DNA of 64,000 bases from NCBI GenBank assembly GCA_023459495.1, contig JAEWTL010000118.1, positions 45,949 to 109,948 of the forward strand, read 5' to 3'. Shown piece by piece: positions 18,707-26,705 of the stretch. Under the pieces are notes generated by a model, which made no database searches, had not been told where the DNA came from, and worked only from the letters and a program-made list of their open reading frames with translations. The position numbers were made by a program, and so were the translations under genes. How positions within the stretch are numbered: position 1 is the first letter of the stretch; each line of letters opens with the position of its first letter. The stretch comes from Bacillota bacterium. Its GTDB lineage: Bacteria; Bacillota; Clostridia; Christensenellales; SZUA-584.

Positions 18707-20367
18707 TATTCTCCGCCTTTCACCTGATGCCGCATGATTGTTCTCTTGGTTGTCTTGGGGAACTCCTGCGTTCTTATTTCAAAATGCCGCAGCCTTTTAT
18801 ACGGCGGCATTTTGGTATTTACTTTAGCGATTGCATCATCAAGGACTTTCTCGAGCGCTTCCCTGCCCATTTGTTTTAAATGCTCCTGATCCGGGTAAAT
18901 GAGCGCTGTCAGATACTCGTTTTCCGCGTCCTCCCGCACCACCACATCGGCGATATACGAAATGCCGGAAAGCTCCTGCTCGATTTCCTCAGGACTCACG
19001 TTCTTTCCGTTTTTCAGCACGATCAGGTTCTTACAGCGGCCGGTAACATACAGGAAGCCATCCTTGTCCATGCGCCCCAAATCACCCGTTTTATACCACT
19101 CGCCGTCGAATGCTTCGGCCGTGCCCTGCGCATCATCGAGATATCCTTTCATCACGCTTTCGCCCTTAACGAGGATCTCTCCTGATTCGTCGATACGCAC
19201 CTCGCAGCACGACAGCACGAGACCTACCGCTTCCGCCTTGTGATACCGGTTGCGATTTTCAGCGATAATCGGCGAACATTCAGTAGTGCCGTATCCCTGC
19301 ACCAGCGTGATGCCGAAATCCGCAAAGCTGCGCACGAGCACCGGATTTAGCGCAGCGCCGCCGCTGATCACAAATTTAAGCCGTCCGCCAAAAAAACTCA
19401 GCACCTCTCCCAGCAGCCTGGCGCGAATATTGACGCCGACCGCAGCCAGCGCATTGCACAAACCGACCCCGAACTTCAGCTTGCTTTCCTTGCCGCTCTT
19501 CTTGGCGTTTTCCCATATCCGTTTGACGAAGGTCTCCACATAGAGTGGAACAAGCACCATAACGGTGGGCTTAAAAAGCTTCAGGCTTGCAGGCAGTGAT
19601 TTGATTCCCGGGCAGAAAGCAATGGCGGAACCGCAGTTGAGCGGACAAAGCATGCCCGCCATGGCTTCGTAGGTATGATGGACCGGGAGCACGGAAAGCA
19701 TCGTATCCTCGGGAGTATAGAGGATCAGCTCGCAGGCGGCAGTCACATTGGATGCAAGGTTTCGATGAGTGAGCATCACGCCTTTGCTGCTGCCCGTTGT
19801 GCCGGAGGTAAACAGCACCGTGCACACACGATCATCGTTAATTGTGATACCGGTGTACTGATCCTTGCCTTCCGCGACGAGTTGCTTTCCGCGAAGGACC
19901 AAATCAGGCAGGGTCAAATCCGCTTTTCCGCCGGGTTCAAACGATACGGTTTGGATGCCTTGAATCTTTTCTTTGATGAACGCAGCTTCGTCCGCATATG
20001 TGTTGGAATAAAATAAATAAGAGACCCCTGCACGCGCTGCCAATTCTGACATCGTTTCAGGCGGGAGCTCTTTGTCCAGTGGCACAATCGTAGAATTGAT
20101 GTTAACGACGGACAGGTAGGTCAGTATCCAAGGATATGAGTTTTCGCCAACTACCGCAATAGCTTGTCCGGCCAAGCCTTTTTCAAGCAGCGCATTAGCC
20201 AGCGCACAGAGCTCTTCACCGAATTGAGTGTACGAGACAGAAGTATATTCTGTCTGGCTGTTCATCGTCCGAAAAGCATCATGAAGCGTAAACTCAGCGC
20301 AGGCATTGTCGGTTAGCTCCTTCAAATTGCGCAGTCGCTTCACAGGGTACAAGGGATAGTTCCTCAC
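18706..20367 (-). CDS. Fatty acyl-AMP ligase / long-chain acyl-CoA synthetase family enzyme
   Basis: ANL superfamily motifs LFTSGTTGSSKGVMLTH, GYGTTE and YKTGDLG. First gene of the NRPS operon. Confidence 0.85.
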   Translation of the reverse strand: MRNYPLYPVKRLRNLKELTDNACAEFTLHDAFRTMNSQTEYTSVSYTQFGEELCALANALLEKGLAGQAIAVVGENSYPWILTYLSVVNINSTIVPLDKELPPETMSELAARAGVSYLFYSNTYADEAAFIKEKIQGIQTVSFEPGGKADLTLPDLVLRGKQLVAEGKDQYTGITINDDRVCTVLFTSGTTGSSKGVMLTHRNLASNVTAACELILYTPEDTMLSVLPVHHTYEAMAGMLCPLNCGSAIAFCPGIKSLPASLKLFKPTVMVLVPLYVETFVKRIWENAKKSGKESKLKFGVGLCNALAAVGVNIRARLLGEVLSFFGGRLKFVISGGAALNPVLVRSFADFGITLVQGYGTTECSPIIAENRNRYHKAEAVGLVLSCCEVRIDESGEILVKGESVMKGYLDDAQGTAEAFDGEWYKTGDLGRMDKDGFLYVTGRCKNLIVLKNGKNVSPEEIEQELSGISYIADVVVREDAENEYLTALIYPDQEHLKQMGREALEKVLDDAIAKVNTKMPPYKRLRHFEIRTQEFPKTTKRTIMRHQVKGGE

Positions 20368-20580
20368 AAATCTTCCCCCCCATCATATCGTTGTATTTAC
20401 TTGTTTTTATCTTTGAATTATCCTATCACATAATTTTCTATCTTTCAACAATAAAGCGCTATATTCCCCCTATAAATAAAAAAAGCGCCCTTTTTCGACG
20501 TGTTTTAAAGATAAAGCATTAGCTTCTCTGTATAATTCCCCCTTTTCGCTTTCCACCGCTCTCAGAAAAGTCTACTCTGC

Positions 20581-21162
20581 TTAAGCTTCAGCCGCACACC
20601 TTGCAAGAAAAGTTTCTATATTCCTCTTTTCCTTTTCAATGGTTCTGGGCGGCAGCTTCCCGCGTCCCAAACGGTCGCAATAAGCCAGAAGCGATATTTC
20701 GTGAGGCTGAACGCTGCGGAGCATTCCGCGGATATCCGCAAACGGCAGCTTATGTGCGACAAACATCACCTGCATATGCCATCTCACCAGCGAGCAGACT
20801 CTCCTGATAAAGGCTTCTTCATCCGTGCACTGGCGCAGAAAGTCCCGCGCAAGCTTTTCGCCTTCCTTGTCGTGGTCATACGCGGTAATTCTGCCGTTCC
20901 TCATTTTTGTCGTTGTCTTCTTTCCCAGATCGTGCAGCAGCGCTGCCCACATCAATGCCCGCGGATCTTGGCTTTCATGTTTCAGTGAAGCAGCAAGGTC
21001 CACCACCTGCAGCGTATGCTCTAGCACATCACCTTCAGGATGATGGTCGGGCTGCTGCTGTACCTGTTTTAAATCCGACACCATGGAAAATGGGTATTCC
21101 CGGGGAAACATATCTTCATCTAAAAGCGCCCTGAAATACATCGAAGGCGCTTTGTCGTTCAT
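20581..21162 (-). CDS. HD-domain phosphohydrolase
   Basis: HHPEGDVLEHT...LLHDLGK is an HD/HDIG-type metal-binding pattern. Confidence 0.75.
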   Translation of the reverse strand: MNDKAPSMYFRALLDEDMFPREYPFSMVSDLKQVQQQPDHHPEGDVLEHTLQVVDLAASLKHESQDPRALMWAALLHDLGKKTTTKMRNGRITAYDHDKEGEKLARDFLRQCTDEEAFIRRVCSLVRWHMQVMFVAHKLPFADIRGMLRSVQPHEISLLAYCDRLGRGKLPPRTIEKEKRNIETFLARCAAEA

Positions 21163-21222
21163 CAGATGCTGTTCCCATTCAACAAAAGTTGTTTTGATTT
21201 TATCAGCTACTCTTTTGTAGCT

Positions 21223-21266
21223 TGCCGCGCAAAACGCGAAAAATTGTCATGCAAAACGCAAAAAAA
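21223..21266. repeat. Prophage right-end transposase-binding-like repeats
   Basis: TGCCGCGCAAAACGCGAAAAA followed by GCAAAACGCAAAAAAA. Two adjacent AAACGC(G)AAAAA units sit directly at the inferred terminus. Confidence 0.6.
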
Positions 21267-21306
21267 CACGCCTATTTTACCATTTATTAGTACAATAGGC
21301 GTGTTT
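21257..21306 (-). terminator. Intrinsic terminator after the endolysin gene
   Basis: 13-bp perfect stem (AAACACGCCTATT / AATAGGCGTGTTT) with a 17-nt loop, followed on the minus strand by a T7 run. Confidence 0.65.
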
Positions 21307-21409
21307 TAATTCCATATTATAGTATTTTCGTCTGCTGTACTATAAGCCTTTTAAAGTACTTTTTTACACCAGTTTTAACACTATATTAAAAACCGATAAA
21401 ACAGGTGTT

Positions 21410-22174
21410 TTAGCACCTCAAAAATCCCAGCGTTTTGGCGCTCAGCGGGCCGCACTTGCCGTCCGGCTTCCCGCGTGTGCCGCACTCCGGATGATTTGCC
21501 TGCCACGCCCTGAATGCTGCATCGCATTTCGGCCCCCAGTTCCCGATTCCGGTCGTCTTTTCATGCTTTGTGATGCCGCAATCATAACCAAGCGCCTCAA
21601 GCTGCAGCTCCAGCGCATAGACATCGCCACCTTTGCAGTTTTTTGAAAGGGTACGAAGGAAGCAGGTTACCGTTGCCGTAGGCAGGCATTTCAGCCGCCC
21701 GTAACGAGACCACGCCGTCTTTCCAATGGACTCGCGCACAACACCGTCGTCCCGGCCTTTGCAATGAAGCACTGTTCCGTCGCCACAATAGATACCGACA
21801 TGGAACATCTCGTTCTTTGTCGCATACTTACGGAATACGAGATCTCCAGGGCAGAGATCATACTTGTCGATGGGCACGCACAGATTGAAATAGATACCGT
21901 TGGCAGTCATGTCGCTGAGTATAATCCCGATCTGTTCGAGGCACCACAACACATAGCCGGAGCAGTCGAAGAGCCGCATATCCGGATGTATAGGCAGCAT
22001 CTTGTGGATATACGCCCATACGCGGGCTATCTCCGCGGCCTTGCCATGTTCGCGGGTATTAACCCACGGCTCCGTGGCGCTGCTGGCCAGCTGTCCCTGC
22101 GCACCAAGCAGATAGCCCGATCCGTTTTTGTCCTGCTCATCAGCTATGGCGATAAACTCACTGCGCTTATCCAT
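21410..22174 (-). CDS. Endolysin: NlpC/P60 cysteine peptidase with a C-terminal peptidoglycan-binding domain
   Basis: DCSGYVLWCL...FHVGIY is an NlpC/P60 catalytic pattern. The C-terminus GGDVYALELQLEALGYDCG is PG_binding_1-like. Start trimmed to ATG 22174, overlapping the holin stop. Confidence 0.85.
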   Translation of the reverse strand: MDKRSEFIAIADEQDKNGSGYLLGAQGQLASSATEPWVNTREHGKAAEIARVWAYIHKMLPIHPDMRLFDCSGYVLWCLEQIGIILSDMTANGIYFNLCVPIDKYDLCPGDLVFRKYATKNEMFHVGIYCGDGTVLHCKGRDDGVVRESIGKTAWSRYGRLKCLPTATVTCFLRTLSKNCKGGDVYALELQLEALGYDCGITKHEKTTGIGNWGPKCDAAFRAWQANHPECGTRGKPDGKCGPLSAKTLGFLRC

Positions 22175-22727
22175 TAGACTCACCGCCAGTGTTGGACGTG
22201 TCATGCAGCTCGTCGGGTGTCTCAATAGGGTCTTCAGCTGGATCGCCGCCCGTATTTTCCGCTGCATATGTCACAACCGTTGAAAAAGTTTTTGCCTCAT
22301 TAAATTTAGTTTGCAGCGAGTGAACAAAGCCGGATCCAGCGCCGATGCCAATGCCCGTCAATACTCTTAATGTGTACTCGACAACGATACCGTTAAGTCC
22401 GAGGAATCCTAACATATTAAGACCGGACGGTATGCAGATCAAAATTCCGATCGTGCTCGTTACAAGAAACCATACCAGATTTGACGCTTTTTTGGGTGCG
22501 ATCTTTGACTTCACTAATTCAATAATTCGCTCGATCACCACGGCCAGTATCCATATTGCAAAGAATACGGCCACTGCCTCTGCAAGTTTGGCCATGATCA
22601 CATCCATCGACGGCACCGCCGCTGTGCTATCGACTGTCGTCACCACCGTATCCGCTGCCAGCGCCACAGTAGGAATCAGTGCCAGCAGAAGCACGGCCAG
22701 CAGTACTAAAACAAATACCTTCTTCAC
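22167..22727 (-). CDS. Holin-like membrane protein
   Basis: Signal/TM helix plus 3 or more further TM helices, immediately upstream of and overlapping the endolysin gene. GTG start with an AAGGAGG RBS. Confidence 0.55.
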   Translation of the reverse strand: MKKVFVLVLLAVLLLALIPTVALAADTVVTTVDSTAAVPSMDVIMAKLAEAVAVFFAIWILAVVIERIIELVKSKIAPKKASNLVWFLVTSTIGILICIPSGLNMLGFLGLNGIVVEYTLRVLTGIGIGAGSGFVHSLQTKFNEAKTFSTVVTYAAENTGGDPAEDPIETPDELHDTSNTGGESNG

Positions 22728-22745
22728 CTATTTTTCCTCCTTGTG

Positions 22746-22771
22746 TAATATAATAAGCGCCTGAAGGCGCC
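22746..22771 (-). terminator. Weak terminator-like hairpin between tail fibre and holin genes
   Basis: GCGCC-UUCA-GGCGC stem-loop followed by UUAUUAUAUU on the minus strand. Confidence 0.35.
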
Positions 22772-22787
22772 TATTTACTAATTTTAT

Positions 22788-23693
22788 TTAAGCTGTACGC
22801 ACCCAGATATATACGATGATCGACGGTTGAATATTATTATGCGCACCTCCACCGCCAGTTTCTGCGCTCGCCTGGCCTGTCCCAAATGGTGCTAAGTTCG
22901 GAGCTATTTGTGCAGTAGTAACACTTCCGGACCCATTTCCCAATATGTTGTCGTGAGAGTGCGGCGGGAATTCACCCGTCGTAAGTGTGTGCGTCTTTTC
23001 TCCGATCATTGCGCCGATTGTTCCAAAGTCGGTGTCCCCCTCTTGATATCCGACCAGCGTCATTCCCTCTACGGCGGCCCATGTACCGAAACCTAATATA
23101 TCATGCGGGTTGCGCGAATCGGTAAAGCTGATATACGGCTTCCCGATCGCATAAATTTCGTTATAATATAGTTCGTTTTTTACCGCAGTGATTATCCCAC
23201 GCAATGGATTCCCGCATATCGCGCTTTCATCCCGCTCATCAGTGATGTCTCCTTCGACGATATTGGTCGCTCCAGCGTCTATGACTATCCGAGCTAGGCT
23301 GATCTCGTACACATCATTTGTGCGCTCTGGTTCCGGGGCCTCTGGAACTGCCGCGGGCGTCCCCGGCATGATGTACGCGCGGATCCGTAGCGTGGCGGGA
23401 TCCTTGCGCACCAATATCCTATCAATGCGCGGGTTTGAAGCGTCCGCGTCCTCCAGCGTCAGCTGCAGCTGGCCGGTACCATTGTCGCGCACCCGGTAAG
23501 GATACCCGTCCACAAGCGCTTCCCCGTAATTTATGATCACTGTCATGCCGCCGCCCGGAGTAACCTGCAAATTTGTGTCCAGAGCCCATACACCCGGAGA
23601 AAGGAACTTGCGGCAGTACTCGGCAAACGGATCCGCCTCAAACCGTTTATCCGTCATTGATCCAACAAAAAAACGGCCCTCCTCGAGCGCCAT
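22788..23693 (-). CDS. Tail fibre protein with C-terminal phage tail-collar domain
   Basis: The C-terminus GEKTHTLTTGEFPPHSH...GGGGAHNNIQPSIIVYIW is tail-collar (MdpB-like). The N-terminal ~160 aa are paralogous to ORF 24546-25589. Confidence 0.8.
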   Translation of the reverse strand: MALEEGRFFVGSMTDKRFEADPFAEYCRKFLSPGVWALDTNLQVTPGGGMTVIINYGEALVDGYPYRVRDNGTGQLQLTLEDADASNPRIDRILVRKDPATLRIRAYIMPGTPAAVPEAPEPERTNDVYEISLARIVIDAGATNIVEGDITDERDESAICGNPLRGIITAVKNELYYNEIYAIGKPYISFTDSRNPHDILGFGTWAAVEGMTLVGYQEGDTDFGTIGAMIGEKTHTLTTGEFPPHSHDNILGNGSGSVTTAQIAPNLAPFGTGQASAETGGGGAHNNIQPSIIVYIWVRTA

Positions 23694-23707
23694 GGTGTAC
23701 TCCTTTC

Positions 23708-23926
23708 CTAATCGACTATAACCCAGTCGTCAGCCATAATATCGCATTGGGTGGGCGTCCACGGCCCATAGCCTCCCGTAGCGCTTTTCATGTAGATGTA
23801 AGGCAGCGTCATTTTACTGAGCGAGTCAGGCCGCTGCAATGCAGCCCACATGCCTTTTCCATTCCAGCCGTTTCTTGCTACCTTGTGCCCATTTTTAATG
23901 TGCTTTAAAGCTTCTTCAAATGGCAT
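23708..23926 (-). CDS. DUF2829 / Tad2-like small protein (candidate Thoeris anti-defence sponge)
   Basis: 72 aa: MPFEEALKHIKNGHKVARNGWNGKGMW...PWTPTQCDIMADDWVIVD. It has the GWNGKG and D-x-x-A-x-DW-x-V signatures of DUF2829. ATG 23926 is preceded by AGGAGG. Confidence 0.7.
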   Translation of the reverse strand: MPFEEALKHIKNGHKVARNGWNGKGMWAALQRPDSLSKMTLPYIYMKSATGGYGPWTPTQCDIMADDWVIVD

Positions 23927-24033
23927 TAAAATCGCCTCCTCTGCATTCCGTCTTTCAGTCCTTTTCGGTAACACGCCACGCATACCGCAGAAATTATCAG
24001 CCCTAAAGCCGCGCCTAATCCAATGATCTCCAT
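23926..24033 (-). CDS. Small single-TM protein (35 aa)
   Basis: Translated by hand as MEIIGLGAALGLIISAVCVACYRKGLKDGMQRRRF. Its stop overlaps the next start (TAATG). Below the ORF-track cutoff. Confidence 0.35.
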   Translation of the reverse strand: MEIIGLGAALGLIISAVCVACYRKGLKDGMQRRRF

Positions 24034-24047
24034 ATATCTTTTTCTTT

Positions 24048-24182
24048 CTAAAAAAGCTGTCCTAAAAACAGCATCTTCAGTGTGCCCATTGCCGCCATGA
24101 CGCTACCGCATATGAGCGCGGCCAGCAAAATCACCATCATGACCACCATCCTGCGATATCCGTAACGGCTGTATTTGCTCAT
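24048..24182 (-). CDS. Small single-TM protein (44 aa)
   Basis: Translated by hand as MSKYSRYGYRRMVVMMVILLAALICGSVMAAMGTLKMLFLGQLF. Follows the dockerin ORF by 10 nt. Confidence 0.35.
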   Translation of the reverse strand: MSKYSRYGYRRMVVMMVILLAALICGSVMAAMGTLKMLFLGQLF

Positions 24183-24191
24183 ATGCACCCC

Positions 24192-24542
24192 TTACTGATT
24201 TAAAATATAATCTCTTAACAAGTCATAATCCGTCTCGTCGACTACTCCATCCCGGTTTATATCGCCGCGTACAAGATTTGCACCTGTAAGCGGTATTTGC
24301 CCCAGATAGTGTTCCCTGATGAGCGTGTAATCTGTTATACTCACTTGTCCATCACCGTTCACATCGCCCAGCATACCAATATGCGTGGGTTTGCTCCATT
24401 GGCCATTAGGCTGCATTATACGCACCGCAACCGCATTTTTATTGATGCCGCCTAGCACTGGCGAAATCATCATCTTTTTTATTCCTTTATTCGGCCCGCC
24501 TGCAATAGGGGCTATTTTGAACCCGTATGCTCCAATCTCCAT
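24192..24542 (-). CDS. Phage protein with a C-terminal type-I dockerin-like duplicated Ca-binding repeat
   Basis: GDVNGDGQVSITDYTLIREHYLG...GDINRDGVVDETDYDLLRDYIL are two DxNxDGxxxxxD segments with dockerin spacing. Confidence 0.7.
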   Translation of the reverse strand: MEIGAYGFKIAPIAGGPNKGIKKMMISPVLGGINKNAVAVRIMQPNGQWSKPTHIGMLGDVNGDGQVSITDYTLIREHYLGQIPLTGANLVRGDINRDGVVDETDYDLLRDYILNQ

Positions 24543-24545
24543 AAC

Positions 24546-25589
24546 TTATTCCTCATACTGTACATAGATTGTGCCTGCGGGGTATATACCAGATGGCGGC
24601 GTTGCGCTTGTGCCATATAGCGGAGCACCTATTAATTCCCAGTTACCCCATGGCCCCCCACGCTTGCGCCGCATTTCAAGATATGCATTTCCAATAGCAT
24701 TCCGGATCTGAACTGCATCGTTACTATCAAATTGCATATGTATAACTTCTCCCATGGAAGGCACTGCATAAATTCCGTTTTGGGAAATGTCATCAATCGC
24801 TGTTGCGGTGCCTCGAGCCGCAAAACCATCCGCAGCCGATGTGGACAATTTCCCCGCAAGCGCCGTCACCATAGCTTCCGTGTCCGCCTTCAACCCCAAC
24901 GCCGTCGCCATTGCTGCTGCGTCTGCCTTCAACCCTAACGCTGTCGCCATCGCCGCTGCATCTGCCTTCAACCCCAATGCTTCAATAAGCCCCGTGATCG
25001 TACTTATCGCTTGCGAGTGATTAGTGTTTGCCTTCCCAGCCAATGCAGCAACTAAAGCGTCCATGCGGTCTCGTGTGACTCTGTTTTCTGCAAGCCCGCA
25101 AAGGTCATTATCATCGCGTTCATCAGTAACCATATCTGCAGTGATACCAAGGACACCTGGTCCGATAAGCACCCGAGCGAGGCTAATTTCGTAAATATTC
25201 CCTTCGCGCGTGAGGTCAGTTGGTACAGGGCTCGCGGCAGGCGTACCGGCAAGAACAGTCATTATAATGCTTGAAACTGCCGATGATTTATCCCGTCGCA
25301 AAATAATCCGGTCAATGCGGGAATAAGTGGTATGAGACGCAGCAATCGCGAGCGTCTTGATACCGGAGCTGTCATCCTTCAGCCCATAGAGCCCGCCCTG
25401 AACGGTTGCAAAGCCGTATCCTACTTTAACCTGCATGCCGCTGTCGTCGGCATAAACCTGTAGGTTGGTTCCCAGCTCCGGCACGCCGTCAAAGAAAAAC
25501 GTGCGGAAGTACTCGGCGAATTCGTCTGCCTGGTACTCATTGCCCTTAACTTCGTCGTAGTCCCAAAACCGGCTTATTTCTGCTGCCAT
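24546..25589 (-). CDS. Tail fibre protein (paralog 2) with an Ala-rich 13-aa tandem repeat
   Basis: The N-terminal domain aligns with ORF 22788-23693 (EFAEYFR..., RIDRIILR, YEISLARV, DERDD..CG). The central and C-terminal parts are different. Confidence 0.75.
   Translation of the reverse strand: MAAEISRFWDYDEVKGNEYQADEFAEYFRTFFFDGVPELGTNLQVYADDSGMQVKVGYGFATVQGGLYGLKDDSSGIKTLAIAASHTTYSRIDRIILRRDKSSAVSSIIMTVLAGTPAASPVPTDLTREGNIYEISLARVLIGPGVLGITADMVTDERDDNDLCGLAENRVTRDRMDALVAALAGKANTNHSQAISTITGLIEALGLKADAAAMATALGLKADAAAMATALGLKADTEAMVTALAGKLSTSAADGFAARGTATAIDDISQNGIYAVPSMGEVIHMQFDSNDAVQIRNAIGNAYLEMRRKRGGPWGNWELIGAPLYGTSATPPSGIYPAGTIYVQYEE
24886..24985. repeat. 39-nt coding tandem repeat (about 2.5 copies) inside the tail-fibre gene
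   Basis: GCCTTCAACCCNAACGCNGTCGCCATNGCNGCTGCNTCT repeated, encoding (A)LGLKADAAAMAT. Confidence 0.8.
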
Positions 25590-26704
25590 TATCTAATCAC
25601 TCCAATCTGGCGTATTTCATCATAAACGATGTTCCGGTGCCGCTTGCCGAACGTGGGCACGGCTTTGATCTTCCCGCGTTCATAAATTTCCTTTACCTCG
25701 GTGATCTGTACGTCCAGCTCGACGCCGAAGTCGGCGCTGGACAGCGTCACAAAATCGCCAAGATCCCAGTCAACGCCGTAGACATACGGCCCGTTCGGGA
25801 CAATGTCGCCTGTTAATGTCCGTACCACAACATAGTCTTTCAGTTTATACTTGCCTTCGTATATCAGGTCGGCAATGTTATCAATGCTGCCACAGTCGAT
25901 GAACGTTTCGCGGCGGTTATAGCCGGTCTTGATTTCATCATCCTCATAGATGACCTGAATCAGACGGGCTTCATCTTCACCTGCTCCGCCGAGGTACGCG
26001 GTATTGTAATATTTACTCTTGTCCACGCCGTATTTGAGCGTCGCGATATTGCTCCACGCGGTCGAAAACACTACGGGGCTTGAGCTGCTGGCGGTATGGT
26101 CGTTACCGTGGATGGTATCAAATACATACCGATTATTTTCGAGATCAATGGATATTTCGTAACCAACGCCGTACACTGTCCCGATTTTTTTAAACGCATC
26201 CGACAGCTGAGCAAAGCGGCTTGACCAACGAATAGCCGCTCCGCGTCCCTGATCCGGAGCAATAACGATGTTGGCCAGCGCTCGGTTTGTATCTTCCGGA
26301 TCTACCATATGCCGAGCGACCATCTGCTTCATAATGGTCTCTACCGGGGCGTCCGGATCACCGACTGCCGGATACCGATCGTACCCGTAATACTGTGTTT
26401 CTGCGATCTGGTCGGGTACAGTATCACGCCATCGGCAGAGGTCTTTTAGCTCGCCGCCTTTGTTTACAACCTTTTTAAAGAGCTTTCCCATCTCACTTGA
26501 TGGGAAATTAATTATCCCGGCTCGGTGCGTATCCAAAAATACGATCGTATCTTCCGTGAGCTTATCCGCGCCTCGCTTATTCAGGCTGCAGTGGATCTCA
26601 AACGATCCGATTTCCCACAGCTTACGCGTCCACTGAATGGAGGAGCAGCTGTCTATGTAGGCGCGTGGCGTAAAGTCCAGCGCCTGTGCGCGTAAAACAG
26701 GCAT
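25589..26704 (-). CDS. Tail/baseplate protein (siphovirus Gp37-like)
   Basis: Sits after Dit. The N-terminal pattern SIQWTRKLWEIGSFEIH recalls the Sipho_Gp37 family. Confidence 0.55.
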   Translation of the reverse strand: MPVLRAQALDFTPRAYIDSCSSIQWTRKLWEIGSFEIHCSLNKRGADKLTEDTIVFLDTHRAGIINFPSSEMGKLFKKVVNKGGELKDLCRWRDTVPDQIAETQYYGYDRYPAVGDPDAPVETIMKQMVARHMVDPEDTNRALANIVIAPDQGRGAAIRWSSRFAQLSDAFKKIGTVYGVGYEISIDLENNRYVFDTIHGNDHTASSSSPVVFSTAWSNIATLKYGVDKSKYYNTAYLGGAGEDEARLIQVIYEDDEIKTGYNRRETFIDCGSIDNIADLIYEGKYKLKDYVVVRTLTGDIVPNGPYVYGVDWDLGDFVTLSSADFGVELDVQITEVKEIYERGKIKAVPTFGKRHRNIVYDEIRQIGVIR

Positions 26705-26705
26705 A

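Noticed and set aside
24886-24985. Tandem 39-nt repeats considered as a possible CRISPR-like or regulatory array
   Set aside because: There are no unique spacers. The repeats are in frame and encode a 13-aa peptide repeat inside the tail-fibre ORF.
22788-25589. Diversity-generating retroelement, or a Mu G-segment-like invertible cassette, in the fibre region
   Set aside because: There is no reverse transcriptase ORF anywhere in the window, and I saw no template/variable repeat pair. Both fibre genes are co-oriented with no flanking inverted repeats, and the only recombinase is 33 kb away.
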